Counted from the stretch's first letter, positions 14,633-28,437 are shown. The stretch: 64,000 nt of DNA from Eledone cirrhosa (GCA_964016885.1 OZ024754.1:31496001-31560000); one strand, 5' to 3'. The notes: generated by a model not told the origin, from the letters alone. Numbers and translations: made by a program.

Positions 14633-15174
14633 CAGGTTGTGGTGGTTGTACAAAGTGCAAAGCCTGGTAATGTTGCTTGTAAATACTGTAGAGATCTGCA
14701 GGAGATTAACAACAAATGTGAAGAGGAGGTGTTTATTTACAGTGTTTGGTGTGAGATAGAGAGATAGTGAGAGAGATGGGGGGGGGGGGGGGTAGATAGA
14801 TAGAGAGTGGGGAGGAGATAGATAGAGTGAGGTAGAGAGATAGTGAGAGAGAGAGTGTGTGGGTGAGAGAAGGGAAGAGATAGAGAGTTAGTGAGAGAGA
14901 GAGGGGGGATAGATAGAGTGAGGTAGAGAGATAGTGAGAGAGGGGGAGATAGATAGGGAGAGGAGATAGATAGAGAGAGAGAGAGTGGGTGAGATAGAGA
15001 GAGAGGGGAGGAAAAGGAAAGAAAGAAAGAGAATAGGAGAGAGGGAGGAGGAAAAAAGATAAAGAAAAAAAACAGACAAACAAAATTGGTATAACCTTTT
15101 TCAAGATGTCTGTAAGAAAATACCCTGAGACCAGGTATATAAGGGCCTAGGTGTTAAATCAAGCTATAACATAT

Positions 15175-16175
15175 TAACCCTTTTTATACCAAACTGACTG
15201 AAATTGCCCCTTATCTTTGTTCTACAATACTAAGCTGTCTGTTTTAAAGTGTTTATATTTAGGTGAAATATTTTATGTTAGAACTTTTGTTAACCCTTTA
15301 GTGTTCAAACCGGCCAAAACCGGTCAGAATTCTCTACCTCTTTCTGTTGAAACTGGTTGTAACTGGTTGTAACTGGTTGCTCAAACTGATGTTAAGGTAT
15401 TGTTCTCAAAATAAATACTTTCAAAATCTCATAGATTCGATATTATGTGAGGTAATTATGTGAGGAAAAGCCTTTACCATTAAAATATAATAGTATGTAT
15501 AAAATAATGTGGATGCTAAAAGGTTAATTTAATTTATATTTCAAACACCAACTTAGTTATATCACTAAAAAGAAAACAAAAAGGAAAAGAGCCAATTATC
15601 AGATTGGACCAAGGAAACGATGCTTCCATCGGTCTTTCCATTGCTGATACTATTTACTATTTGCTATTTGCAATTCCTGCCAGAAAAGAGAAACATGAAG
15701 GTAAATGGCCTACTGGTTAAAGTGTTGTTTCCTAGACTAGGCAGCATATTCTGTTCTTGAGGAAAATATTTTATTTTATTTTTCTCTTTATGCCAAGAGT
15801 TGTAACTGGCACAAGTTTCAGAAATGGAAAGACCAATGGACAAATTATTTCCTCAGTCAAATCTAATGATCAGCTCCTTTACTTTCGGCCAGGAGTTGTG
15901 ACTGACATATAGTATCAGGAATGTAAAGATCAATGGAAACATTGTTTCCTCAATCCAATATGATGATCAGCTCCTTTCCTTTCTGCTTGGAGTTGTAATT
16001 AATAGAATTAGCAATGGAAAGACCAATGGAAACATAGTTTCCTTGCTCCAATCTGGCAACCAGCTTCATACCTTTTTTTATATTACTAAATTCTTCATTG
16101 TTGATGATTTTCAAAATGACTTGAAAATCATGAGCAATGTTTTTTTTATTAGAAATATGGTAATGAAGGGGTTAA
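15175..16175 (+). mobile_element. piggyBac-like MITE family 2 with a nested family 1 MITE (15290-15527) and other repeats
   Basis: TTAACCCTTTTTATACC left end and AGAAATATGGTAATGAAGGGGTTAA right end. Similar ends at 11490-11664, 30180, 32490 and 51290. Confidence 0.6.
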
Positions 16176-16524
16176 GCTTGTCAGCCAAGAAGAGAAATGA
16201 TTCAGACCAAAATACCATGAGAACATTTTATCTGATGGCCTAATGACTCTGCCAAGTTGCTGCTTCACTGGCTGAACTAATAAATAAAATGATAGAGATG
16301 GAACAAGCAACCATTGAAAGCTTTAATAGTTTCTGAGACACCAGACACATGACACTGGATATTGAAGCAAGTAAATAAACCAGACATTAACAGATGTAGT
16401 TTATTGTGTGTGTGGGTGGGGGGTTAAATATGTTGAATAATGGGGGGGGGGGGGGGTTAGTAGTAAAAGGAAGTAAAAATAATAGTACAGAATAACTTTC
16501 TATTTATCTTCTATTTCTAACTCT

Positions 16525-16562
16525 ATCTTCTGATGAAGGACTAGTGTCCGAAACGTTAAGAT
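16525..16562 (+). ncRNA. Minimal type I hammerhead ribozyme (Penelope pLTR type)
   Basis: ATCTT-CTGATGA-A-GGA CTAGTG TCC-GAAA-CGT-T-AAGAT: 5-bp stem I, 3-bp stem II, palindromic ACGT stem III, GUU triplet. Confidence 0.7.
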
Positions 16563-17273
16563 TCTCTTCCTGCTATTTCAAGCGTTAAACTAATATATTT
16601 CTTCCATGTACTGTGCTGTTAGTTTTGTTATTTCTGTTTACCTTTTACACACACACACACACACACATATTATATATATATATAGTATACAAGGGAAGTA
16701 GATTATGTTTTATCGTGGATATAACAGAGGTATGTGGAACAAAGAACAAAGCATTGAGCAAATAACAATTGCTCAGTTGCAGCTGCCATTTTGTTTGAGG
16801 TTAGAGTTAGATGGAGTACAGGGGGAGGTAAGCATGTTATGATGTAGAAAACAGACACTTGACATTCCCTGGTAGAGTATCAATGAGTTCTGTGTACACT
16901 GCTTGACGAGTGCATTACTAGATATTGCTGGAAGGTGGCAGAATAAGAATAGTTATGATCTACAGTTAACAGCTGAAGGGAATGTCTTACAGTGCAAACT
17001 AAAGAAAATATTGTGTGTGTGTGTGTGTGTGTGTGTTGGTGTCAAATAATGTGGGTGTGTTGGTGTCAAATAATGTGGGTGTTTTGGTGTATATCAATGG
17101 TAAAAATATTTTTAAAAAAAACAGTAATGGTTGAAAATTATTAAAATATGTCACAATATATATGTATTTGTGTTTGTGATATGGAGACCAGGAAGACCAT
17201 AGATCAAGTACTCAATGCATGTTTAGGTACAGCTGGAAAGGAGTGGGCCTTCCATTGGGATTTTACTAATCAC

Positions 17274-17311
<38 letters not shown>

Positions 17312-17345
17312 TACACTCACACACACACTCACATACATACATACA

Positions 17346-17432
<87 letters not shown>

Positions 17433-17441
17433 AAGAAATAT

Positions 17442-17791
17442 GGAGGCACATGGCTTAGTGGTTAGAGCATTGGCCTTGCAATCGAAAAGTTGTGAGTTCA
17501 ATTATCAGACCGGGTGATGTGTTGTTTCCTTGAGCAAGACACTTTATTTCACACTGCTCCAGTTTACTCAGCTGTAGAAATGAGATGATAGGGACTGGGG
17601 TCCATATCATACCACTGCAAAGTGGTCGTGGGGGTGCCACGGCAAAAAAGCACCCAGTACTCACTGTAAATGAGGTTGGTGCTAGGAAGGGCATCCAGCT
17701 GTAGAAATCAAGCCAGAATCAGTTCCCATCCCACCCTTGCAAGCAGGGAAAAGTGGACGTAAAATGATGATGATGATGATGATGATGATGA
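17442..17791 (+). mobile_element. tRNA-derived CORE-like SINE with (GAT)n tail
   Basis: A box TGGCTTAGTGG, B box GAGTTCAATT, core GTTTCCTTGAGCAAGACACTT, 3' AGGAAGGGCATCCAGCTGTAGAAA, (GAT)n. Confidence 0.85.
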
Positions 17792-18272
17792 TATGAGTGT
17801 TAGTGGTGATGATGATGATAATAAAGCTTCCAGTTCACATTGTAAAGTGGTCATGTAGGTGTCATGACAAAAGACACCCAGTACACACTGTAAATGTGAT
17901 TGGTGTTAGGAAGGGCATCCAGCTGTAGAAACCAAGCCAGAAACATCTGTATGAGCAAAACATGGTCACCTGACGTGGCATTGCCCACAGCAGGACAACT
18001 CGTCTAACCCATACTAGTGTGGAAAATAAACGTAAAACGATGATAATTGTTTCTACTTTAGGCACAAGGCCAGCAATTACCCAATGTATTACTGGTACTT
18101 TATTTTATCCACCCCATAAGGATGAAAGGCAAAGTTAACCTCGGTGGGATTTGAACTGATGATAATGATATATATATAGGAAAAGAGTCAGGACCCCAAC
18201 AGCTGAGCTCCGGCTGTTTCGACAGCTAGATTCGAACTAAGACAAATGGTGGCTTAGTTCGAATCTCTTTGT

Positions 18273-18303
<31 letters not shown>

Positions 18304-18417
18304 TATGCATACAAACTAATCAAGGAGAAGAGATGAGAGATCAGTTAAGTAGTGAAGGGGACAGTGTGTTCAATGTGTGTTAGATGCAAGACAAGTGAAC
18401 AATGTAAGTAAGAGAAA

Positions 18418-18608
18418 TAATTGTTTCTACGTTAGGCACAAGGCCAGCAAATACCCAGTGCATTACTGGTACTTTATTTTATCAACCCCGTAAGGATGAA
18501 AGGCAAAGTTAACCTCGGTAGGATTTGAACTCAGAATGGCAAGGGCCGTAACTCTATACTTAAAAGCATGGCACCCGACCCTCTACCGATACTGCCAATC
18601 CACCGCCT
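18418..18608 (-). mobile_element. Meta-like SINE
   Basis: Full copy flanked by a TAAGAGAAATAAT direct repeat (target-site duplication). Confidence 0.85.
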
Positions 18609-18825
18609 TAAGAGAAATAATGTCAAGTAAAAATTGTATAAGAAGAGCATTAATATAGAAATTAAATGTTAGAGAAAACAATTCCAAATTCTTGAAGAAA
18701 TATATGTTAGCTTATATTGAAGATATGTAGAACAGGAGACTAATGCCTAACGTATATTGAGGTATGGCCTGCTGTTGTACATTGAAACATACATAGAGTG
18801 ATATTATGTTAGTTTAGCTTAGTTT

Positions 18826-19150
18826 CATTTTACATCCGCTTTTCCCTGCTTGCAAGGGTGGGACGGGAACTGATTCTGGCTTGATTTCTACAGCTGGATG
18901 CCCTTCCTAACACCAACCTCATTTACAGTGAGTACTGGGTGCTTTTTTGCCGTGGCACCTCCATGACCACTTTGCAGTGGAATGATATGGACCCCACTCC
19001 CTATCATCTCATTTCTACAGCTGAGTAAACTGGAGCAATGTGAAATAAAGTGTCTTGCTCAAGGAAACAACACATCACCCGGTCTGAGAATTGAACTCAC
19101 AACCTTTCGATTGCAAGGCCAATGCTCTAACCACTAAGCCATGTGCCTCC
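18826..19150 (-). mobile_element. tRNA-derived CORE-like SINE
   Basis: Reverse-complement copy of 17442-17791. Confidence 0.85.
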
Positions 19151-19166
19151 ATATATATATGCCTCC

Positions 19167-19234
<68 letters not shown>

Positions 19235-19235
<1 letters not shown>

Positions 19236-19423
19236 GGGTTCAATCGGGGGTAACCACAGTAAGTAAGGTACTCAATACATAGCAGAGTATAAATATTTAA
19301 TATAGAAATGGCTTCTACAGGACTAGAACTGTTTGATTCGAAGGAAATCATCAGGGCTTTCCTGGTGATTTCCTTCGAATCAAACAGTTCTAGTCCTGTA
19401 GAAGCCATTTCTATATTAAATAT
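19235..19423. repeat. Fold-back element (hairpin 19293-19423) with a degenerate hammerhead-like core
   Basis: About 63-bp near-perfect arms around a GCTTT loop. A second single-arm copy is at about 24113-24238. Confidence 0.75.
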
Positions 19424-19856
19424 CATCATCATCGTTTAACGCCTATCTTCCACGCTAGCATTTGTTAGACGAGAATTGTCCCACTTGAGGCAAGATTGGT
19501 TGGGTTACCGTGTCTCGTTCGTATAGGACTATCTGGCAGGTTTTCTATGGCTGGATTCCCTTCCTGACACCAACCACATTTACAGTGTGGACTGGGAGCT
19601 TTTTACCGTGTTACCCACACAACCACATTACAGCATGGACTGTGTGTTTTTTTGTCGTGACACCTACACGATCTCATTAGTTTGGACTGGACGTTGTGGT
19701 ATATATTCGATTCGTTTGCAATTATGCAAACAGCCTTAGTGTCTGCAGTTCTGTTTACATGCCAACACAAGAGCAAGAATGAGGGGCTCATTCTACTGAC
19801 ATGGCTTAAAAGAGGCTGTTTGAATAACTGCAAACAAATCAAATATTATTATTAAT

Positions 19857-20046
19857 CGGTGGATTGGCAGTATCGGTAGAGAGTCGGATGCCATTGTTTG
19901 ACGTATAGAGTTAGGGCTCTTGCCATTCTGAGTTCAAATCCCACCGAGGTTAACTTTGCCTTTCATCCTTACGGGGTCGATAAAATAAAGTACCAGTAAT
20001 GCACTGGGTAATTGCTGGCCTTGTGCCAAAAGTAGAAACAATTATT
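19857..20046 (+). mobile_element. tRNA-derived SINE with Meta-like central domain
   Basis: A box TGGCAGTATCGG, B box GAGTTCAAATCC, GCCTTTCATCCTTACGGGGTCGATAAAATAAAGTACCAG, ending AGTAGAAACAATTATT. More than ten copies in the window. Confidence 0.85.
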
Positions 20047-20526
20047 AATATTCGAAAAACTCAGATTTCATTTATTGTATCCAGCCATGTAGAGCGATAA
20101 CTAGTTGTTAGTTATTATATATATATATATATTTATATATTTATATATACATTCAAACTATTCCTTATTGAGTGAGTAAATGACAGCAACAGGGCTATAG
20201 AAAATCTTTGTTCTACTGCCTTGGTAACTAAACTAAATGGTGCTGTTGCTGATCATGATGACTGAGATGATGATGATGATAAAATTGAAATAACTAATAA
20301 GATTGTATATTCAATGACATTCAGTTTTGTACAAAGAACTTCTTTGTCTTACTTCCAGCTGTAAAAATATATTGAAACACAAATAACTAAACATAGGTTC
20401 ACTTTACAAAGAACCATCATCAGCAACACCATCAACCAATCCTCATATAGTCACCACAGTGCAGATAACTATAACAATAGTTGACAACTGCAAATAACAG
20501 CTGTCCATATTATTTCCATCTATAGG

Positions 20527-20712
20527 ATGGATTGGCAGTATCAGTAGAGAGTCGGACGCCATGCTTTGACGCATAGAGTTACGGCCCTTGCCATTCTGAG
20601 TTCAAATTCCTCCGAGGTTAACTTTGCCTTTCATCCTTACGGGGTCGATAAAATAAAGTACCAGTAATGCACTGGGGAATTGCTGGCCTTGTGCCAAAAG
20701 TAGAAACAATTA
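20527..20712 (+). mobile_element. Meta-like SINE
   Basis: Same family. ATTATTTCCATCTATAGG occurs on both sides (about 20509-20526 and 20709-20726), a likely target-site duplication. Confidence 0.85.
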
Positions 20713-21835
20713 TTTCCATCTATAGGGATATTTTATTTTATTAAATCCAAAGTCTGTCACAAGTTCGGAGGCTCATCAGGACAGTGCTTGTCCCGGTTTC
20801 CATGGCTTTAAGCAACTGAGAGTATGATACACACCCCTGGATAGGACGCCAGTCCATTACAAGATTAAACCCCCAGCTATTACTGGTACTCATTCTCAGC
20901 TGAGTATACTGGAGCAATGTGAAATGAAGTGTTTTGTTCAACAACAAAACACACAACCCAGTCCAACATTTGAACCCACAACATATGATTGTAAGTCCAA
21001 CACCCTTACCACTAGGCTACATGCTTCCACTTTACCTAATTTTCTTAACTACTATCTATAGTAGTGATTATCAACATGGGGTGCACACCCCACAGGAGGG
21101 CAATTTAAGTATTTAAGGGGGCTGTTTGAAAATGATGTTAATGAGAACAAACCTCAGGTTTTACCTTATTACTTTTACACCAAGGTAACTTTGGTACACA
21201 CTACTATCAGAAACTCCTGTCTCACCTCCTCCATATGTTTTTGTGTATCTGGCACCATTTATACACCAATTTGTTTACACTTTGTTGTTGATCCTTGCTG
21301 TTTTCATGCCATAGGGGGACATAACAATTTTTTTAGATGTTGAGGTGGGTCACAGTGAGCAAAAGATTGGGAACCACTGATCTATAGTGACCATCTATTG
21401 CTATAGTCATTTACATGGAAGCAACTACATTTCAAATTACAAAACGAAAACTGTTGCTACATGGCAGAGGCTAGAGAGAAAAAAATAAGTCCATCAATTG
21501 GAAATTTAAATTATTCTGAAAACATCTGAGAAGTATTTTTATGGTTAAGTTTTTTATTTTTTGTCTGTTGTTTATTTGTTTGTTGTTTATTTGTTTGTTG
21601 TTTTTTTAATACAATAAAAAAATAAATTGTAGAAAGAAAGAAAAGGAGGAAGGAAGAGGAGGAAGGGAAGGGTGGTGGAAGGAAGGAAGGATGTAAAGAA
21701 AGAAAGTAGACAGAATGTATATCATTAAATAAACAGCACCTAAAATTACTGGTTACTCAATATACTGTAGAACACATGTACATGTGTTTCTGTAGAGTAT
21801 TTATGTCTGTGTGTGTGTGTGTGTGTATATATATA

Positions 21836-21874
<39 letters not shown>

Positions 21875-21898
21875 GTCTGTGTGTGTGTGTATACAAAC

Positions 21899-21929
<31 letters not shown>

Positions 21930-22013
21930 CACAAATACAAACACGTGTGTGTGTGCATGTAAAATGAAATAAAATGTGTATATGTTTATATATATCTACA
22001 TAAATATATACAT

Positions 22014-22063
<50 letters not shown>

Positions 22064-22126
22064 ACACACATTTTATAAATATATATAAATATAATATATA
22101 TATATACACACACACATACAGACATA

Positions 22127-22220
<94 letters not shown>

Positions 22221-22486
22221 ATATATTTGTGGATATATATATATATACATACACCACTGAGTGCACTGTATCTACACCAGGCTCATGCTAAACTGCTCTG
22301 ACGACCTATTCCTCAATGGATTCCTTGTTAATCTTACATTGGTAAGGAAATCTTCATGAAGAGATTTCCATTTAAATAACTTACTACAGAAGAAGGTGAA
22401 GGTGTGTGTGTGTGGGGGGGGGGATAACGTTTTATATCATGTTTGTGCATGTATATATGTGTGTCTGTATCTATCTCTAGTTCTCC

Positions 22487-22536
<50 letters not shown>

Positions 22537-22603
22537 TACGTCCCTTGTGATTTGAATGCATATATGTATATATCTGTGTTTGTCTCTTTTTATTATATTA
22601 TAT

Positions 22604-23077
<474 letters not shown>

Positions 23078-23148
23078 AGTTTACGTCCCTTGTGATTTGA
23101 ATGCATATATGTATATATCTGTGTTTGTCTCTTTTTATTATATTATAT

Positions 23149-23180
<32 letters not shown>

Positions 23181-24241
23181 TGGAATACATTGTGTTTCAA
23201 TTAATTTCGAAAATATTCAAAAGTTTGGAGGTTGTTTTTACTAGGATAACATTTAATTAAGTTGCTATTCAGAATTTAAAAAAATCTGACATAAAATTCT
23301 GTTGAAGGTTTTTAATTTAGATAAGATGGTCACTTTAAAATGAACAGTTTTAACATAGAAATAACCTGAGGAAGATTTAGGCAGGCTGCTATCAAAAGGG
23401 TTAATCAAGACCAGTTTCAAGGTATGAAAGTACATGGTTAGTGGTTAAAGTGTTGAGCTTACAATTTTGAGGTTCTACGTTTGATTCTCAGACCAGGTTG
23501 TGTGTTGTGTTCTTGAACAAGACACTTTATTTCACGATGCTCCAGTTCACTCAGCTGTAGAAATAAGTCGAGATGTCACTGGTGCCAAGTTGTATCAGCC
23601 ATTACGTTTCCCTTGGACAACAGCGGTGGTGGTGGAGAGGGGGTGACTGGTATGTATGGGTGACAGCTGGTCTTCCACAAACAACCTTGCCCAAACTTAT
23701 GCCTCACAGAGGAACTTTCTAGGTGCAAATCCCATGGTCACACACATGTATTGATGGTTTTTCCAAAGGGGATCGGAAAGAAACCACAATTAAATAAGGT
23801 AGAGTTTCTACTTTTGGTACAAGGCCAGCGATTACCCCAGTGCACCACTGGTACTTTATTTTATCGGCCTCGTAAGGATGAAAGGCAAAGTTAACCTCAG
23901 CGGATTTGAACTCAGAACGTAAAGGGTCATAACTATGCTGCAAAGCATGGCGTCTGGCGCTCTACCGATACTGCCAAAATCAATACGTTAGTGGAGAAGA
24001 AGCATACTTATCGTGTATATATAGAGAGAGATATATGACAGGCTTCTGCATAGTTTCTGTCAACCAAATTTCACTCACAAGGTATAGTAGAAGACAACTG
24101 GCCAAGGTGGTGACCACAGTTAATAAAGGTACTCAATACATTATTGAGTAATATACAGAGTATAGGCATATTTATTTTATTATAGAAATGATTCCTACAG
24201 GACTAGAACTGTTTAATAATTCTTAAGAAATCACCAGGTAA

Positions 24242-24480
24242 ACAAATATATATAACTAAAATAAACATATGAAACAATCACAGGGAATAATTTGTAAAGT
24301 GTGTAAAGCACATGATTAATCATTTTAAAAGGTATGATTAATCATTTTAAAAGGTACCTATATTTAAAGTTCTAGTTAAACTTTAATTAGTTACCTACCT
24401 AGCTGTGTGTGTGCTTTACACACTTTATAAATTATTCCCTGTGATTGTTTCATATGTTTATTTTAGTTATATATATTTGT
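24242..24480. repeat. Inverted repeat (about 70-bp arms, about 100-bp spacer)
   Basis: ACAAATATATATAACTAAAATAAAC...GTAAAGCACA / TGTGCTTTAC...ATATATTTGT. Confidence 0.78.
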
Positions 24481-24747
24481 CAATCAATTTCTAGTTGATA
24501 TAAAATGCTCGGATCTATTCATTGGAATCTTGGAGCATATTCTACAGTGGGTATGGCGCATGTCTCTCGGACATGACACCCTTAATTTAATTTTGGATAT
24601 ATACATATATATATATATATATAATTTTTTTTTCTTTACTTGGACTACCTTTATTTTCTGTATCTATCCTTTCTGATCCAGTCTCTATATTTGTACACCT
24701 GAAGAAGGGCTCAAGCCCAACACGTCAAACTTTCTTTCTCCTTTTCC

Positions 24748-24784
<37 letters not shown>

Positions 24785-24982
24785 GTTACCCCGTATATAT
24801 ATATATATATATACAGGGTAATAAATTATTGTTATAGGTAGTCCACTTAAGTGTAGTCCAGTTATGGTACTCCGGGTAGTGGATGATATCAACGCTTGGC
24901 TAAGTTTGACTCAACAAGGCGTTTCCATAGTGATGTTGCGAGTACGCTGTAATTCCTATGTTGTAAACACTTGGAGTAATGA

Positions 24983-25214
24983 TAAATCAGGAAAGAAGAT
25001 TGACACGGTTTGCTATATAAAAAAAGGTTTTTAATCTCATTGCTGACAATTGTTTCTCTGAACTGGTAGGTCTAGAGATCGCTACCCGCTTGTTTTCACG
25101 TTATTTGATCACCAATACAAAGTTAGACCTACCAGTTCAGAGAAACAATTGTCAGCAATGAGATTAAAAACTTTTTTTGTATAGCAAACCGTGTCAATCT
25201 TCTTTCCTGATTTA
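24983..25214. repeat. Inverted repeat (about 90-bp arms, about 48-bp spacer)
   Basis: AAATCAGGAAAGAAGATTGACACGG...GGTAGGTCTA / TAGACCTACC...CCTGATTT, followed by (TA)n. Confidence 0.8.
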
Positions 25215-25602
25215 TATATATATATATATATAGTTCAAGGAAACAACAACCACAGGTAGAAAAAGTCTTATTAGTTTCATACTTTATATATATATTTGGT
25301 ATGTTTATATACATTTTTTCTTCTAACTTTGATTTTATACCTAATTGTGTATGGTTGACGATATATTTAATTGATTTTCACGTGCTATTAGAAATACTGG
25401 ATAAATATTCTATAGTTGTTGATCGCGAATAAATAGCTGTCGTTTATTTATCTATTATTTTTTCATAGGTGTCTTTTAATCTTATAGCCTGGTTTAATTG
25501 TTTTTTTTGTGTAGTTGATTATGCTGATTGGGAGAAGAAATGGTGTATATATTTTATCAAATGATTCTATGGACATACTTTATTGTATATATATATATAT
25601 AT

Positions 25603-26025
25603 ATGTAGAGGTTATATTTAATTTGTTGGGATACAACAAGCAAAATATTTTTATAACAAATTATTGGAGTAAATATACAATATATTAACAAATGGAAACT
25701 ATATTTATAAAACCATATTTATTTCATTACACATATTTCAAGGGCCACCAGAGCAAACTATGGTGTGCTTTCATCAGATAAAATATAATATAGGTTAGTT
25801 TTATAAATAAATATTGAAATACCCTTTAAAAATGCAACCATTCTGGTTGGAATCTCCTGGTTGCATTTTTTAAGGGTATGTCAATATTTATTTATAAAAC
25901 TAACCTATATTATATTTTATCTGATGAAAGCGCACCATAGTTTGCTCTGGTGGCCCTTGAAATATGTATAATGAAATAAATATGGTTTTATAAATATAGT
26001 TTCCATTTGTTAATATATTGTATAT
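25603..26025 (-). mobile_element. Fold-back hammerhead-bearing element, family A (Penelope-like, non-autonomous)
   Basis: Inverted arms 25673-25840 / 25858-26025, unpaired tail 25603-25672, flanked by (TA)n, homologous to the copies at 49962 and 60175. Confidence 0.8.
25913..25978 (+). ncRNA. Type I hammerhead ribozyme, family A
   Basis: TATTTTAT-CTGATGA-AAG C GCACCA..TGGTGGC C CTT-GAAA-TATGTA-TA-ATGAAATA. An antisense copy lies in the left arm at about 25720-25785. Confidence 0.72.
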
Positions 26026-26042
26026 ATATATATATATATATA

Positions 26043-26360
26043 TCATCATCATCATCATCATTTCATTTTACGTTCGCTTTTCCCTGCTTGCAAGGGTGGG
26101 ACGGGAACTGATTCTGGCTTGATTTCTACAGCTGGATGCCCTTCCTAACATCAACCTCATTTACAGTGAGTGCTGGGTGCTTTTTTGCTGTGGCACCTCC
26201 ACGACGACTTTGCAGTGGAGTAAACTGGAGCTGAGTAAACTGGAGCAATGTGAAATAAAGTGTCTTGCTCAAGGAAACAACACATCACCTGGTCTGAGAA
26301 TTGAATTCACAACCTTTCGATTGCAACGCCAATGCTCTAACCACTAAGCCATGTGCCTCC
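26043..26360 (-). mobile_element. tRNA-derived CORE-like SINE
   Basis: Same family as 17442 and 18826, with a (CAT)n tail at the left. Confidence 0.85.
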
Positions 26361-26819
26361 ATATATATATAGAGCCATGTGCCTCTATATATATATAGAG
26401 AGAGAGAGAGAGTGTGTGTGGTGTGTCTACTGTACAAAGACCAGGAAGACCACAAATCAGGGAAGTACTTGATACATGATGAGATGCAGAGTGGGTATAT
26501 TAAAGAGGTAGAACCTCAGAGTGGGTATATTAAAGAGGTAGAACCTCACAGTGAGTGTTTGTATGATATATCTTTTATGTTTTAGATACTTCCATAGGGA
26601 GAGGGTGGGGGTAAATGTCCCCTGTTTTAACTGCTATTGTAACCAAGTTCTAGAAGTGGAAGCATCAGGAGGGTGACAGGCTGGTGGGGAAACCTCTGTA
26701 AAAGGGGTCATTTCATTCCACAGGCCATCTACTAAGCACTGTGTGACCCTCAAATGTCACTGACAAACACACTACAAGGAAGGGATTGAGTGCTTTTAGA
26801 GGTGAGCTGTATGTATCCC

Positions 26820-27179
26820 AAACATCACCATTCATCATCATCATCATCATCATTATTAGCACCACTATCATCATCATCATCAACACATCAGCACCACTAT
26901 CATCAACATCAACAACAACAACACATCAGCATCACTATCATCATCATCAACATCATCATCATCAACATCAGCACCACTATCATCATCATCAACACATCAG
27001 TACCACTATCATCATCATCATCAACTCATCAGCACCACTATCATCATCATCATCAACAACAACAACACATCAGCACCACTATCATCATCAACACATCAGC
27101 ATCACTATCATCATCATCATCATCATCATCATCAACAACACATCAGCACCACTATCATCATCAACACATCAGCATCACT

Positions 27180-27213
<34 letters not shown>

Positions 27214-27306
27214 ACAACACATCAGCACCACTATCATCAGCATCACTATCATCATCATCATCATCATCATCAACAACACATCAGCACCACTATCATCAGC
27301 ATCACT

Positions 27307-27343
<37 letters not shown>

Positions 27344-27690
27344 ACAACACATCAGCACCACTATCATCATCAACACATCAGCATCACTATCATCATCATC
27401 ATCATCATCATCAACAACACATCAGCACCACTATCATCATCATGATCACCCTCAACCATATATCTTCATCAACTTAACCACCACCATCACATACACCACA
27501 ACCACCACAACCAACATCACCATCATCATCATCAACACCTCTAGAGCACCACTTTCACCTCTCTCTCATCTTCCTCGCCACCATCAACCATCATCATTAC
27601 ATATCCTCCACACCATCCACTACTACCACCATCACAAACATCACCACCCAACAACAACATCAACATCATCATCATCATCACAATTCAACA
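26820..27690. repeat. (CAT/CAA/CAC)n-based low-complexity repeat
   Basis: Recurrent CAACACATCAGCACCACTAT(CAT)n. Confidence 0.93.
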
Positions 27691-28156
27691 TTCATTTTTT
27701 TCACGTACTAGCATGGGTTTGACAAGTGTGTGCCGTTGCGAGACATGTTAGATCAGGTGACTGTGTTTTCTTCATACAGAGCTGTTTCAGGCTTGATTTC
27801 TATAGCTAGAGGTCTTTCAAGGGCTTATTTTACAGAGCCCACTGTAGAAATGAAAGTGGAGGTGAACTTGATCAGGATTTGAACTCTAAACACAGGCAGT
27901 CATAATGAAACACTACTGTCTGGGAGTTTACCATTTCTATTCCACTCTACCCTAGAACACTACCCCCCCCCTCACACTACCCCCCCCCCCCCCCCCCCAC
28001 ACACACACTACACCACCCCTCACACTACACCACCCCACACCTACCTCTACTTCTACATACTGAAAGTAAAGTACCAAAATATAGAAACCTATTTGGGAAT
28101 AATTAAGAAATAACTTTGTGTGCATGTTTGTATTTAGATATAACATAAATATGTAT

Positions 28157-28187
<31 letters not shown>

Positions 28188-28331
28188 AATGTACGTGTGT
28201 ATGTATATATATGTATGTATATGTAGATATATATAGATATATATATACTCACGTACATATGTGTGTGTATGTGTAGAACAACAATTAAGGAAAGATATGT
28301 GATGGATTATCTAACATTCAGGAGAAATCTC

Positions 28332-28437
28332 ACATTTTAAAAAGAAAATATGTGTATGTGTGTATGTAAACAGATATATGTATACATATATCTCTGTGTT
28401 TACATACACACACACATACACATATTTTCTTTTTAAA

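Noticed and set aside
13738-14767. 310-339 aa Cys/Val/Met/Tyr-rich ORFs
   Set aside because: Microsatellite translation. The short unique end (14633-14750) could not be supported as an exon.
16690-17010. Possible exon in unique sequence
   Set aside because: There is an acceptor-like site on the minus strand, but the frames examined hit stops and no protein is recognisable.
17442-17515. tRNA gene
   Set aside because: A and B boxes are present, but the sequence is the head of a multi-copy SINE without a proper acceptor stem.
26786-27722. His/Ser/Ile-rich ORFs (also 57951-58895)
   Set aside because: Trinucleotide low-complexity repeats open in several frames, with no coding signal.
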